Shown: positions 41,872-50,358 of the stretch, piece by piece
Layout of the letters: every line of letters begins with the position of its first letter
How positions within the stretch are numbered: the first letter of the stretch is position 1
NCBI GenBank assembly: GCA_963777605.1
Contig: CAVZRV010000010.1
Span: 256,001 to 320,000 of the forward strand
Length of the DNA stretch: 64,000 bases
DNA from: an uncultured Acidobacteriota bacterium
GTDB lineage: Bacteria > Acidobacteriota > UBA6911 > RPQK01 > JAPXNP01
Direction: 5' to 3'
The notes under the pieces: model-generated
Seen by the model: the letters and a program-made list of their open reading frames with translations, nothing else
Told to the model about the DNA's origin: nothing
Database searches by the model: none
Made by a program: the position numbers and the translations under genes

Positions 41872-42093
41872 GTGAGAAGAAAGGTCATCGCGTTACTCGT
41901 CCTACTAATCCTGCCATTCCTGATGGCAGCCCCAGCAGCCGTGCCAGTCAGCGCTGACTGGGGCTACGCATACGCCAAGATGGGCATGTCTGACTTCGAA
42001 TTGGGCGTTTGGAGTGTTGGCACAGGGATCATGTGTGCCATGTCCTTCACAGGAGTAGCCGGTATCGGCTGTGTAGTATCCTCTGCCCTCTAA
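41872..42093 (+). CDS. Putative bacteriocin/RiPP precursor peptide (73 aa)
   Basis: GTG start with AGGAGGT Shine-Dalgarno. Leader MRRKVIALLVLLILPFLMAAPAAVPVSA, core DWGYAYAKMGMSDFELGVWSVGTGIMCAMSFTGVAGIGCVVSSAL. First gene of a Yip1/SpoIIM/ABC operon. Confidence 0.78.
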   Translation: MRRKVIALLVLLILPFLMAAPAAVPVSADWGYAYAKMGMSDFELGVWSVGTGIMCAMSFTGVAGIGCVVSSAL

Positions 42094-42110
42094 TGGATTG
42101 AAGGGGTTCT

Positions 42111-42752
42111 GTGAAGCTTACATTCGTATTTGAACCTTGGCACTACTTCGAATCAAAGCTTAGTCTAAGGCCAAATTGGATAGTCGCAGCCGCGGGTCCC
42201 CTTCTCTGCTTCCTTCTGCATTGGTTCTCCTTCTGTGTTATTCACAACAAACTCACACATCAAGTTGAAACAGACCTTGGCGATCGGCTGGCAGTCCTAA
42301 TATCAGCTAAATGGATCTATGTGATGGATTTCTTTGGAGCAGCAGGTTATGTCCTTATGCCAATTTTCGCAGCTACCATTGTGGCCTGTGTCGATATCCT
42401 TGCCCGGCAACCGAAGAAGTTGGATCGCTTCTTCGAATTCACCGGACTAAGTTTCTATAGTCTTTTACCCTATCTGCTTTCAGTGCTCTTACTAGCTCTC
42501 GCCTTTGATCCTCCCGCAATGAAGGCCGTCGGCCCAATCTCGAATGAAGATATTCGTTCCACTATTCAAGATTTTATGATCAGCGTCCGAGCAACGCCAA
42601 CTATCCTCTTGATCACGAATTTAGGCATCCTTTTCGATGGTTGGCTGGCAATTTTGATCGCCAATTCGTATCGAAGTGTTAACCAGTGTTCCCGAACAGC
42701 CTCGATTGCCACCTCAATCGGAGTCTTCGGGATGATTGTCCTCACGACTTGA
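42111..42752 (+). CDS. Yip1-like membrane protein
   Basis: N-terminal F.P..YF......PNW pattern and about 5 TM helices, same layout as the Yip1 protein at 62460. Confidence 0.68.
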   Translation: MKLTFVFEPWHYFESKLSLRPNWIVAAAGPLLCFLLHWFSFCVIHNKLTHQVETDLGDRLAVLISAKWIYVMDFFGAAGYVLMPIFAATIVACVDILARQPKKLDRFFEFTGLSFYSLLPYLLSVLLLALAFDPPAMKAVGPISNEDIRSTIQDFMISVRATPTILLITNLGILFDGWLAILIANSYRSVNQCSRTASIATSIGVFGMIVLTT

Positions 42753-42759
42753 GGAGAAC

Positions 42760-43290
42760 ATGAAAGACCTCCGTAATTTGGTCCTAATTAACATCTCAAT
42801 TCTCGGCGCCGCAGTTTTTCTGGGGATAGTGCTTGGATGGGATTCCGCAGGTCTCTTCACGATACAAGAACCTAAGTGGATGGGATTCTCAACCGCGCTC
42901 CAAGACTTTGTAAGAATTTCTCTGAATAACCTTTTCCTAGTCAGTCTCGCAGTAGTAGGCGCCGTTACTTTTGGGACGATGTCCATCGCCATCGTGATCT
43001 GGAACGGTCTATTCTTAGGATTCAATTTACCTACGATTGCTGCGCTGGGCATTCAAGAAGCCGGCTATCTCGTCCTCTACCTGCCGCTTGAATTTCTGGG
43101 AATCTGCATGGCAGCGACCGTAGGTGAATCCGCAGGCTGGTGGCTGTTCCGCTCTCTTATAAGCCCTACCCCTCCGGATTATGGAAGTTGGAGAGGCACC
43201 GTTGGACTTGCGAAGACTTCTGCTCTTCTCATTCTTGCTTCGGCTGGACTCGAGACGACCGCAAAGATAATTCGGAATTATGGAACCTAA
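42760..43290 (+). CDS. SpoIIM/DUF95-family membrane protein
   Basis: I.LNN...G..TFG......NG..LG...LE pattern ending in LET. GAGGAG RBS before ATG 42760. Confidence 0.8.
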   Translation: MKDLRNLVLINISILGAAVFLGIVLGWDSAGLFTIQEPKWMGFSTALQDFVRISLNNLFLVSLAVVGAVTFGTMSIAIVIWNGLFLGFNLPTIAALGIQEAGYLVLYLPLEFLGICMAATVGESAGWWLFRSLISPTPPDYGSWRGTVGLAKTSALLILASAGLETTAKIIRNYGT

Positions 43291-43780
43291 ATTACGATCC
43301 AAGTGGAAGAGGCTGGACCACCGCGCCGCATTTCTGGCTTTGGGCGTGACATTGGCCGTGCTCGCATCAGCGGGAGCCCTGATCCATCCTCACCCACCAG
43401 ACCGGGAGAATCTCTCTGGAATTATGTGCGTTGATCTTGACGGGAACTCCAGGGAGTGCACTCAAGTCATGGGAAACAAATCCCTTCTAGTTTTCAGTGT
43501 CTTCTGCACAAATTGCCGGGATCTCATCTCAGAGATTCCGCGCTCTGAGAAACTGGTCGGAATCAGCTCTCACTCTCTCCCCTATTTGCGCTATTACCGA
43601 ATCAAGCTGGGGATTCGGTGGCCGATCGTGCGTGTTGAAAAGCCCGTACTCCGCGAAATTGGGGTAACCACGCTGCCTACGCTACTCAGACTTGACGCCA
43701 ACGGGAAAATCGTGTCCCGTCTAACTGGAAAGGCGAACATCCTATCGGCGATTCGACTGCTTCATGAGGACCAACGATAA
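43280..43780 (+). CDS. Membrane-anchored thioredoxin-fold protein (TlpA/ResA-like)
   Basis: N-terminal TM, LLVFSVFCTNC (CxxC) and cis-Pro loop GVTTLPTLLRLDANGKI. Confidence 0.78.
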   Translation: MEPKLRSKWKRLDHRAAFLALGVTLAVLASAGALIHPHPPDRENLSGIMCVDLDGNSRECTQVMGNKSLLVFSVFCTNCRDLISEIPRSEKLVGISSHSLPYLRYYRIKLGIRWPIVRVEKPVLREIGVTTLPTLLRLDANGKIVSRLTGKANILSAIRLLHEDQR

Positions 43781-44646
43781 TGGCCACACTTCGAATCTCA
43801 GATCTGGTCAAGCGATTTCCGAAATTCCAACTTGGACCGATCAACTTCGAGCTAACCCCCGGGACAGCCTGCGGTCTGCTTGGGCCAAACGGGGCGGGCA
43901 AGTCCACGCTGATGAACTGCATCGCGGGGCAACTTACGCCTGATGAAGGGAAGGCTAGTTGGGATGACACGCCCCTCACCCGTCGAAACTGGAAGATCCG
44001 CGAACGCGTCGGATACGTACCGGAGCAGAGCCGCATGTACGACTCCGTGACAGTCGCTCAGACTCTCCTTCTATGTTCCAAGATATACGCACAGTGGGAC
44101 AGCAGATTTGTGTCAGATTGGCAACAACGATTCCAACTCGACGGGATTAAGAAGGTTGGGAATCTGTCAAAGGGCATGCGCACGAAACTGCAACTGCTTG
44201 TTGGGTTGGCACACGGTTCAGAACTCTTGCTCTTGGATGAGCCTACAGCAGGCTTGGATCCCGATGCCCGTGTCGACCTTCAGCATTATATTCGTCAACT
44301 GATCAAGGCAAAGAGCGCGTGTGCCATCATCTCATCACATCTCTTTGAGGACATCGAGACCATGGCTAGTCACGTCAAGATTATCCGTGCAGGACGAATC
44401 GTATTCGACCTCGCGACCACTGAACTTCCTGGGCTGAGGCTTTTTCGAGTTATTTCCGGAGCTGCCTCCAAGAGCAAGGTCTCAGAGCTGGCCCTTCTAG
44501 CGTCTCACAATCAGGATGGGGACCTTCTGTTGCTGGCCCCCGAATCGGCAAAACCAATGATAGAGAGGCAATGTCCAGAATGTTTCATCACGGCTGAGAC
44601 GATCAGCTTAAAACAGATATATTTTCTAACCAAGAACGAGTCCTGA
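43780..44646 (+). CDS. ABC transporter ATP-binding protein (ABC-2 exporter type)
   Basis: Walker A GPNGAGKST, LSKGM signature, LLLLDEPTAGLDP and SSH. TAATG overlap with the upstream gene. Confidence 0.96.
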   Translation: MATLRISDLVKRFPKFQLGPINFELTPGTACGLLGPNGAGKSTLMNCIAGQLTPDEGKASWDDTPLTRRNWKIRERVGYVPEQSRMYDSVTVAQTLLLCSKIYAQWDSRFVSDWQQRFQLDGIKKVGNLSKGMRTKLQLLVGLAHGSELLLLDEPTAGLDPDARVDLQHYIRQLIKAKSACAIISSHLFEDIETMASHVKIIRAGRIVFDLATTELPGLRLFRVISGAASKSKVSELALLASHNQDGDLLLLAPESAKPMIERQCPECFITAETISLKQIYFLTKNES

Positions 44647-44649
44647 TTC

Positions 44650-45300
44650 ATGAGACACGTATTCATTCTGATTGCCAAGGAACTATTCATACACCGCCTT
44701 GAATTGTCTATATCAACGGCAGGAATTTCAGGAATCGCTATATTTGCGTTCCAAATGAGATCTCCGGAAACCTACACGCAAGGTCTTGTAATCATTTCTA
44801 TGCTCAATGTTGCTCTAATGATGGCCTCGACAGAGTGGCTTTCTTACATGGAGCGGGCTAAGGGAACCTTTCTCTGGCTTCGTACGCTTCCTGTTTCGGA
44901 CAAAGCAGTAGTCACTGCAAAATTCGTTACGAACGGGATAATTCTCACTTGCTGCTACCTCTCAGCTGTCTTAATCCTGAATCTACATGTCGCTGTTGAG
45001 CGCCTGCTTCCAGTTATCGCATTCTGGTTGGGATTGCTTTCTCTTGGATCCTTTATGCTCTTCACTAAGCTCGTGTTGAGCCGGCGGCTCGGGCCGAGCG
45101 TCCCGCTGATGGTAGTCTTCGTTCTCATGATGGGTTGGAGGGCACTCTCCACTCGAGCACCCCACGCGGCGTCGATGGTGTCTAGTTTCCTTTCGAATCC
45201 CTTTGTCTTCATCACGCTCGAGGTTCTCTCAATCCTGTCCTTCTGGTACATGATGTGGATCTGGATTGCCTCCCGAGACACTCACAAACTAATCGACTGA
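44650..45300 (+). CDS. ABC-2 type permease
   Basis: About 6 TM helices and ER.KGT...LRTLPVS...VV.AKF motif. Confidence 0.88.
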   Translation: MRHVFILIAKELFIHRLELSISTAGISGIAIFAFQMRSPETYTQGLVIISMLNVALMMASTEWLSYMERAKGTFLWLRTLPVSDKAVVTAKFVTNGIILTCCYLSAVLILNLHVAVERLLPVIAFWLGLLSLGSFMLFTKLVLSRRLGPSVPLMVVFVLMMGWRALSTRAPHAASMVSSFLSNPFVFITLEVLSILSFWYMMWIWIASRDTHKLID

Positions 45301-45514
45301 CCGGACCTCTCGGATCTCTGTCTTGAGGTCCCAGCGGTCCTTTGGGTCCCATTTTCCCGGTTCTTGAGACCGCGACGGGACCGTGGGGCTTCTGATGAAA
45401 TGGATATCTTTGCCTCTCCACAATCGGCCGCCCAACCGGGCGCGGCTTTCCCTGACCCCTGGCCCTTGATTGAAATCAGTTCCTGGCCGGTCGATACTGG
45501 GATTGCAGGGGCAC

Positions 45515-45946
45515 ATGAAAATGAAGCAACCATCCTGGCTGGAAGAACTCGATCACACGGCTGACGCAGGCATTGTCGTCTCCGCCGGAAATCTCTCCGA
45601 ACTTTTCGAGCGGACGGCATGGGCGATGTTCAACCTGATCCTCGACATGGATGTGGTTCGACCCGTCGAGCAGGAATCGATGGCAGTGGAAGGATCCGAC
45701 CTGGAGGACTTGATGGTTCGCTGGCTCTCGGAACTCAACTATCGGCACATCACCAGAGCCAGAGTGTTTGGCGGCTTTCGAGTCAAAGAGATTAACGAGC
45801 GGTCCCTGCGCGCGGACATTCAAGGAGAGGCGATTGCCCCTGGTCGCCACTCCGTCTTCGCCGAAATCAAAGCCGTTACCTATCATGGACTCAGTATCAT
45901 CGCGACTGATCGCGGGTTTCAGGCTAGAGTAATCTTTGATCTGTGA
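45515..45946 (+). CDS. Archease
   Basis: LDHTAD, WLSEL, EIKAVTYH and terminal IFDL. Confidence 0.95.
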   Translation: MKMKQPSWLEELDHTADAGIVVSAGNLSELFERTAWAMFNLILDMDVVRPVEQESMAVEGSDLEDLMVRWLSELNYRHITRARVFGGFRVKEINERSLRADIQGEAIAPGRHSVFAEIKAVTYHGLSIIATDRGFQARVIFDL

Positions 45947-45953
45947 GGCAGCC

Positions 45954-47396
45954 ATGGCAGACATAACCCTCGTCAAGCGGACTGACTTCTGCTGGGAAAT
46001 TCCTCCCCGGGGCGGGATGCGTGTTCCGGCCAGGATTTACGCGACCGAGCAAATGGTCGATGCCATCCTCTCGGACAATGCTCCTCAACAGGCGATGAAC
46101 GTCGCTCACCTGCCCGGCATCGTGAAGGCGTCGCTCGCCATGCCGGATATCCACTGGGGATACGGCTTCCCGATTGGAGGCGTGGCCGCATTCGATCCCG
46201 ACGAGGGGGTGATCTCCCCGGGCGGAGTCGGCTACGACATCAACTGCGGCGTCCGCCTCATGGCAACCCACCTGGAACTCAGTGCCGTCAAACCGAAGAT
46301 CAAGGCTCTGATGCAGGACCTCTACATCCAGATTCCGACCGGCGTCGGCGCCTCGGTGCCGCAAAAGGTGAGCCGGAAAGAACTCGAGCACGTGGTCCAG
46401 GAAGGAGCCGGCTGGGCAGTCAAGAACGGACTCGGCGAGCGCGCTGACCTTGACCTCATCGAAGAATGCGGCTGCATCCGGCAGGCCGATCCCGGGCAAG
46501 TCTCGGAACGGGCGTGGGAACGGGGTTTTGCCCAACTCGGCACGCTCGGATCTGGCAACCATTTTCTGGAAGTGGGCTACGTTGCCGAGATCTACGATCG
46601 GGACGCAGCACAGGTCCTGGGCCTGCAGGAAGACCAGGTCACGGTGATCATTCACTGCGGCTCCCGCGGTTTCGGGTACCAGGTCTGCGATGATTTTCTC
46701 GCGCTCATGGACAAGGCGGCCCGAAAATACGGAATCGAATTGCCCGACCGCCAACTGGCTTGTGCACCAGTCCAATCCGAAGAGGGACAGGCGTACCTGG
46801 GTGCCATGCGCTGCGCCATCAACTACGCATTCGCAAACCGCGAGGTCATCGCCCAGCGGGTCCGCGAGTCGTTCCTCAGGGCCCTCTCAATCTCGCCGCG
46901 CGATCTCGGCGCGCGCACCGTCTACGAGGTCGCCCACAACATCGCGAAGTTCGAACAGCACGAGGTTAGCGGGAAGAATCGCATGCTCTGCGTCCATCGC
47001 AAGGGCGCCACGCGGGCGTTCGGTCCCGGTGAGCGCGAGATCCCGGAACGCTACCGGTCGGTCGGGCAACCCGTCCTCGTACCGGGTGACATGGGTCGTT
47101 ACTCCTACGTCCTGGTCGGCACCAGCCAGGCAATGGAGGAGACTTTCGGAAGTACCTGTCACGGCGCAGGCCGGGCCATGAGCCGCCACAAGGCGATAAA
47201 GGCGGCACGCGGCCGGGATATCAGCCGTGAACTGGAGAGCAAGGGGATTTTCGTGATTGGCCACAGCAATAGAACGCTGGCCGAAGAGATCTCCGACGCG
47301 TACAAGGATGTTTCGGAGGTGGTGGACGCGTGTCAGGGAGCCGGGATTTCCCGAAAGGTCGCACAGTTGAGGCCCATCGGATGCATTAAAGGTTGA
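45954..47396 (+). CDS. rtcB: RNA ligase RtcB (archaeal-like)
   Basis: MPDIHWGYGFPIG, GVGYDINCG, GTLGSGNHF, HNIA, VHRKGAT, HGAGR and AYKD. Confidence 0.97.
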   Translation: MADITLVKRTDFCWEIPPRGGMRVPARIYATEQMVDAILSDNAPQQAMNVAHLPGIVKASLAMPDIHWGYGFPIGGVAAFDPDEGVISPGGVGYDINCGVRLMATHLELSAVKPKIKALMQDLYIQIPTGVGASVPQKVSRKELEHVVQEGAGWAVKNGLGERADLDLIEECGCIRQADPGQVSERAWERGFAQLGTLGSGNHFLEVGYVAEIYDRDAAQVLGLQEDQVTVIIHCGSRGFGYQVCDDFLALMDKAARKYGIELPDRQLACAPVQSEEGQAYLGAMRCAINYAFANREVIAQRVRESFLRALSISPRDLGARTVYEVAHNIAKFEQHEVSGKNRMLCVHRKGATRAFGPGEREIPERYRSVGQPVLVPGDMGRYSYVLVGTSQAMEETFGSTCHGAGRAMSRHKAIKAARGRDISRELESKGIFVIGHSNRTLAEEISDAYKDVSEVVDACQGAGISRKVAQLRPIGCIKG

Positions 47397-47471
47397 CCTC
47401 GCTGACTGGTCGTTAGTTGAGAGGATTCGCCGGTCACCCTGCGGATCTCTCCCGGACAGGAGGATGAATTC

Positions 47472-47999
47472 TTGAAACGAAAAGTCACAGCTACGCTGTT
47501 CCTGGCCCTGTGCCTGCTCCCTTCGGCGGCCTTATCCCAGTCGAATCCGGCAGATCCTTCCGACGTCGAGTCCGAAGACGCGATTCTGAAGGCCGTCTAC
47601 GAGACCATCTCGGGTCCTGCCGGGGAAGGCCGTAATTGGGAACGGTTTCGTTCCCTGTTCCTCCCCGAGGCCCAACTGGTCTCCACATTCAAGCGGCTGG
47701 GCCAGGAGAAGGTTCAATATCGAGCGATCACACCGGAGGAATACATCACTCTCTCCGGCCCGGTCCTCCAACAGAAAGGGTTCTTTGAGAGAGAGGTTCA
47801 CCGCGTGGCCGAACAGTACGGCCCGATCGCCCAGGTTTTCAGCACCTACGAATCCCGCCGTAACCCGGCAGACAAGCCGTTCGCCCGCGGGATCAACAGC
47901 TTTCAGCTCCTCAACGACGGGGAGCGCTGGTGGATCCTGAGCATCTTCTGGACGAGTGAACGCCCGGATCTGCCGATCCCGGAGAAGTTCTTGCCCTGA
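47472..47999 (+). CDS. Secreted hypothetical protein, probable NTF2-like fold
   Basis: TTG start with AGGAGG RBS, signal peptide, RGINSFQL...WWILSIFW. Confidence 0.8.
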   Translation: MKRKVTATLFLALCLLPSAALSQSNPADPSDVESEDAILKAVYETISGPAGEGRNWERFRSLFLPEAQLVSTFKRLGQEKVQYRAITPEEYITLSGPVLQQKGFFEREVHRVAEQYGPIAQVFSTYESRRNPADKPFARGINSFQLLNDGERWWILSIFWTSERPDLPIPEKFLP

Positions 48000-48014
48000 A
48001 GTCAGGGTTGCAAG

Positions 48015-48210
48015 TTTCTGGTTCTTGGTTTCTGGGGTGATGCCCGCCGCGCTGAGGAGACTATTCAGGCAATTCATCCAGTTCGCCCAGATCATCCAGA
48101 CGAAATTTCCGGTTCGAGACTGTATTCGCCGGGCAAGCTGCCCGGCCGCCATCCCAGGCAGGGTTGCCTGGATTACTCGCCACGAGGAATCAGGAACGAG
48201 GCACCAGGAA
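48015..48210. repeat. Intergenic element: degenerate heptamer arrays flanking a double-hairpin unit
   Basis: 3x TTYYTGG at 48015-48035 and 4x degenerate CCAGGAA at 48183-48210. Hairpins CCGGGCA-agc-TGCCCGG and CCAGGCA-gggt-TGCCTGG. Confidence 0.75.
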
Positions 48211-48218
48211 CCCATGCT

Positions 48219-50117
48219 TCACTTGCCTGATCCGCTTTGGTGGATCGGCAAGCGAACCTGGGAGGGATAAGCCGCCGAGTGATGAACACGGTTCCTGGCT
48301 ACCACCGGCTCTGATTCGTCGAAGTTGTTTCCTCCCGTGTTGAGGTTGCGCTCGAACCGGGGAAAATTGCTGCTGGAAACTTCGATCCGGATCTGGTGAC
48401 CCGGTGCAAAATAGTTGCTGGTGGACAACGGACTCAACTCGAGCGGGTAGACTTTCCCCTCTTCCATGAAGACTTCCTTATCGTACCCCTCCCGGTAGCG
48501 CGCTCGCTGGATAGTCTCATCCAGGTTGTAGGCGGTCCCGTCCGGGTAGACATCGATCAACTTCACGGTGAAGTCGGTGTCCCTGGCGTCCGAAGAAACA
48601 TAGAGCGTGATCTTCACCGATCCGGTCACCTCGATCCCCTCCTTCAGCGGATCGGTCGAGTAGACCAGGATGTCATCCCGGGTTTCCAACTGGCGCTGGT
48701 CGTAGGCTCCTGCATCGAGAGCATTTCCCATGCAGCAGACATTTCCTCCGTGGGACGGCACCGGGAACGAGGGATCGTAGGTGAAGCCGTCCGATCGGTT
48801 GTCCGACCCGGGCTTCCCGGTGGTTAGACGGCCGTCACCGAAAACGCTGTTGGCATGTCCCGCTCCCGCCAGGTAGTAGGTCACCATCTCGGTTTCCTTC
48901 GGAGGCCAGGTGGACGACGATTGCCAGCGATTTGATCCCATGGTGTAGTACTGCACTTTCGGGGTCTTCTCGAGTATTCCGTTGTCCTCTCCCTTCAGCC
49001 ACCGGTCGAACCACCCGTAGATCAGGTCATCATAGTCAAGCCGGGCATCCCCCATGTGGCGTTCCCCGACAACGGTGTCCTCAGTAGAACGCCAGTAGCC
49101 GCAGTGGCCGGTCGGTGCGACCACCGCAAACTGGTTGTCGGCCACTTCGGGATCGGTCGCATGGTGCGTCACATGGTTGAACAGAGCCAGGTTAGGGCTG
49201 ATCGAGACATCGTACCAGGACATAAACCAGAGCGAGGGCACTCCGAAGGGCATATTGTCGTGGTACAACCCGCCTTCATACCAGGCCGGATCATTCGGCT
49301 TGCGGCGGATCATCTTCTCGTAGATCCCCTTGGGACCCTGAACGTTCTTGATGATGTCCTGCACCGGAAGATCGCGGAGGGCCTCCGACCAATCCACCCG
49401 GGGCATCTCAGGGGCAAGGTCAAAGAACCGCGACACTCGAACCCGGTCCTCCTGGGTCATGTTGGATGGAAAGGTAGGCCGAAAATCGTTCTGCACGCTG
49501 TAGAGCCAGACCGTAAACAGCATCTGCTGGGCCCCACCGCGGTACCAGTTTCCCTGTTCGTAGTATTGATCGACTCGGCCGACCCCGGCCCCGAATCCCA
49601 TCGGGACCATGGCCGCGTGTGCCGGATGGTTGAGGGCGGCAACCGCCATCTGCCACTCGGCCGTCGACGAGCATCCGAGCGTCCCGACTTTCCCGTTCGA
49701 CCAGGGCTGGTTCGAAATCCAGGTAAGGGCGTCATACCCGTCGCTGGTCGGAGTTCCCAGGATGTCCCAATCTCCTTCCGAAAAATACCTGCCTCGCTCG
49801 TTCTGGACGACAAATGCGTACCCGCGCGTGACGGCCGTGTAGGCCTCGGAGTAGGTGCGCGTGTTCAGCTTGCCATCTCGCCAGGCATTGAAATTGTAAG
49901 GCGTTCGGGAAAAGATCGTCGGAACGGGCGTGTCCGTCCTCGGCCGGTAGACGTCGGTGGCGAGGCGCACTCCGTCACGCATCGGAACCATCAACTTCTG
50001 CTCGATGACGGCGACATCCTGGAGCTGTTCCAGGATGTCGTCCTGGGCCCATCCTGGGGTCACGATCGACGGTGCGGCCAACGCTCCCAACCAGCACAAC
50101 AGCAAGCATCTCTTCAT
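48219..50117 (-). CDS. CocE/NonD-family serine hydrolase, secreted
   Basis: [23 protein letters not shown], nucleophile region GCSSTA and SSSNFPRF. Signal peptide from ATG 50117. Confidence 0.93.
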   Translation of the reverse strand: MKRCLLLCWLGALAAPSIVTPGWAQDDILEQLQDVAVIEQKLMVPMRDGVRLATDVYRPRTDTPVPTIFSRTPYNFNAWRDGKLNTRTYSEAYTAVTRGYAFVVQNERGRYFSEGDWDILGTPTSDGYDALTWISNQPWSNGKVGTLGCSSTAEWQMAVAALNHPAHAAMVPMGFGAGVGRVDQYYEQGNWYRGGAQQMLFTVWLYSVQNDFRPTFPSNMTQEDRVRVSRFFDLAPEMPRVDWSEALRDLPVQDIIKNVQGPKGIYEKMIRRKPNDPAWYEGGLYHDNMPFGVPSLWFMSWYDVSISPNLALFNHVTHHATDPEVADNQFAVVAPTGHCGYWRSTEDTVVGERHMGDARLDYDDLIYGWFDRWLKGEDNGILEKTPKVQYYTMGSNRWQSSSTWPPKETEMVTYYLAGAGHANSVFGDGRLTTGKPGSDNRSDGFTYDPSFPVPSHGGNVCCMGNALDAGAYDQRQLETRDDILVYSTDPLKEGIEVTGSVKITLYVSSDARDTDFTVKLIDVYPDGTAYNLDETIQRARYREGYDKEVFMEEGKVYPLELSPLSTSNYFAPGHQIRIEVSSSNFPRFERNLNTGGNNFDESEPVVARNRVHHSAAYPSQVRLPIHQSGSGK

Positions 50118-50266
50118 CTTCCCAACACCCTTCCTCCAGCAGACCTCCCGAGAATCAGGCTCGATCAAGGGGTCCCTTTGGCTTTTCCGAAATCGCATAT
50201 TACCTGCCCGGGCAAGGAAAAGCGACCGCCTTCTGAGAGCTAAGCTGAAGCTTCATTCAGGATGAG

Positions 50267-50358
50267 TTCCTGGTTCCTGGTTCCTGGTTCCTGGTTCCTG
50301 GAGGCACACTAATCCAGGCGGCTCTGCCTGCTATGGCGGCCGGGCAGCTTGTCCGGCG
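50267..50358. repeat. (TTCCTGG)5 array plus inverted copy of the 48127-48175 hairpin unit
   Basis: Five perfect heptamers at 50267-50301. 50310-50358 is the reverse complement of 48127-48175 at 43/49 identity (hand alignment). Confidence 0.85.

Noticed and set aside
45301-45514. Possible attachment site or immunity ORF at the right edge of the islet
   Set aside because: Only short degenerate GGTCC motifs are present. No match to the left flank and no convincing ORF with an RBS.
50267-50301. Tandem repeat as a CRISPR array
   Set aside because: 7-bp units with no spacers, and no cas genes in the window.
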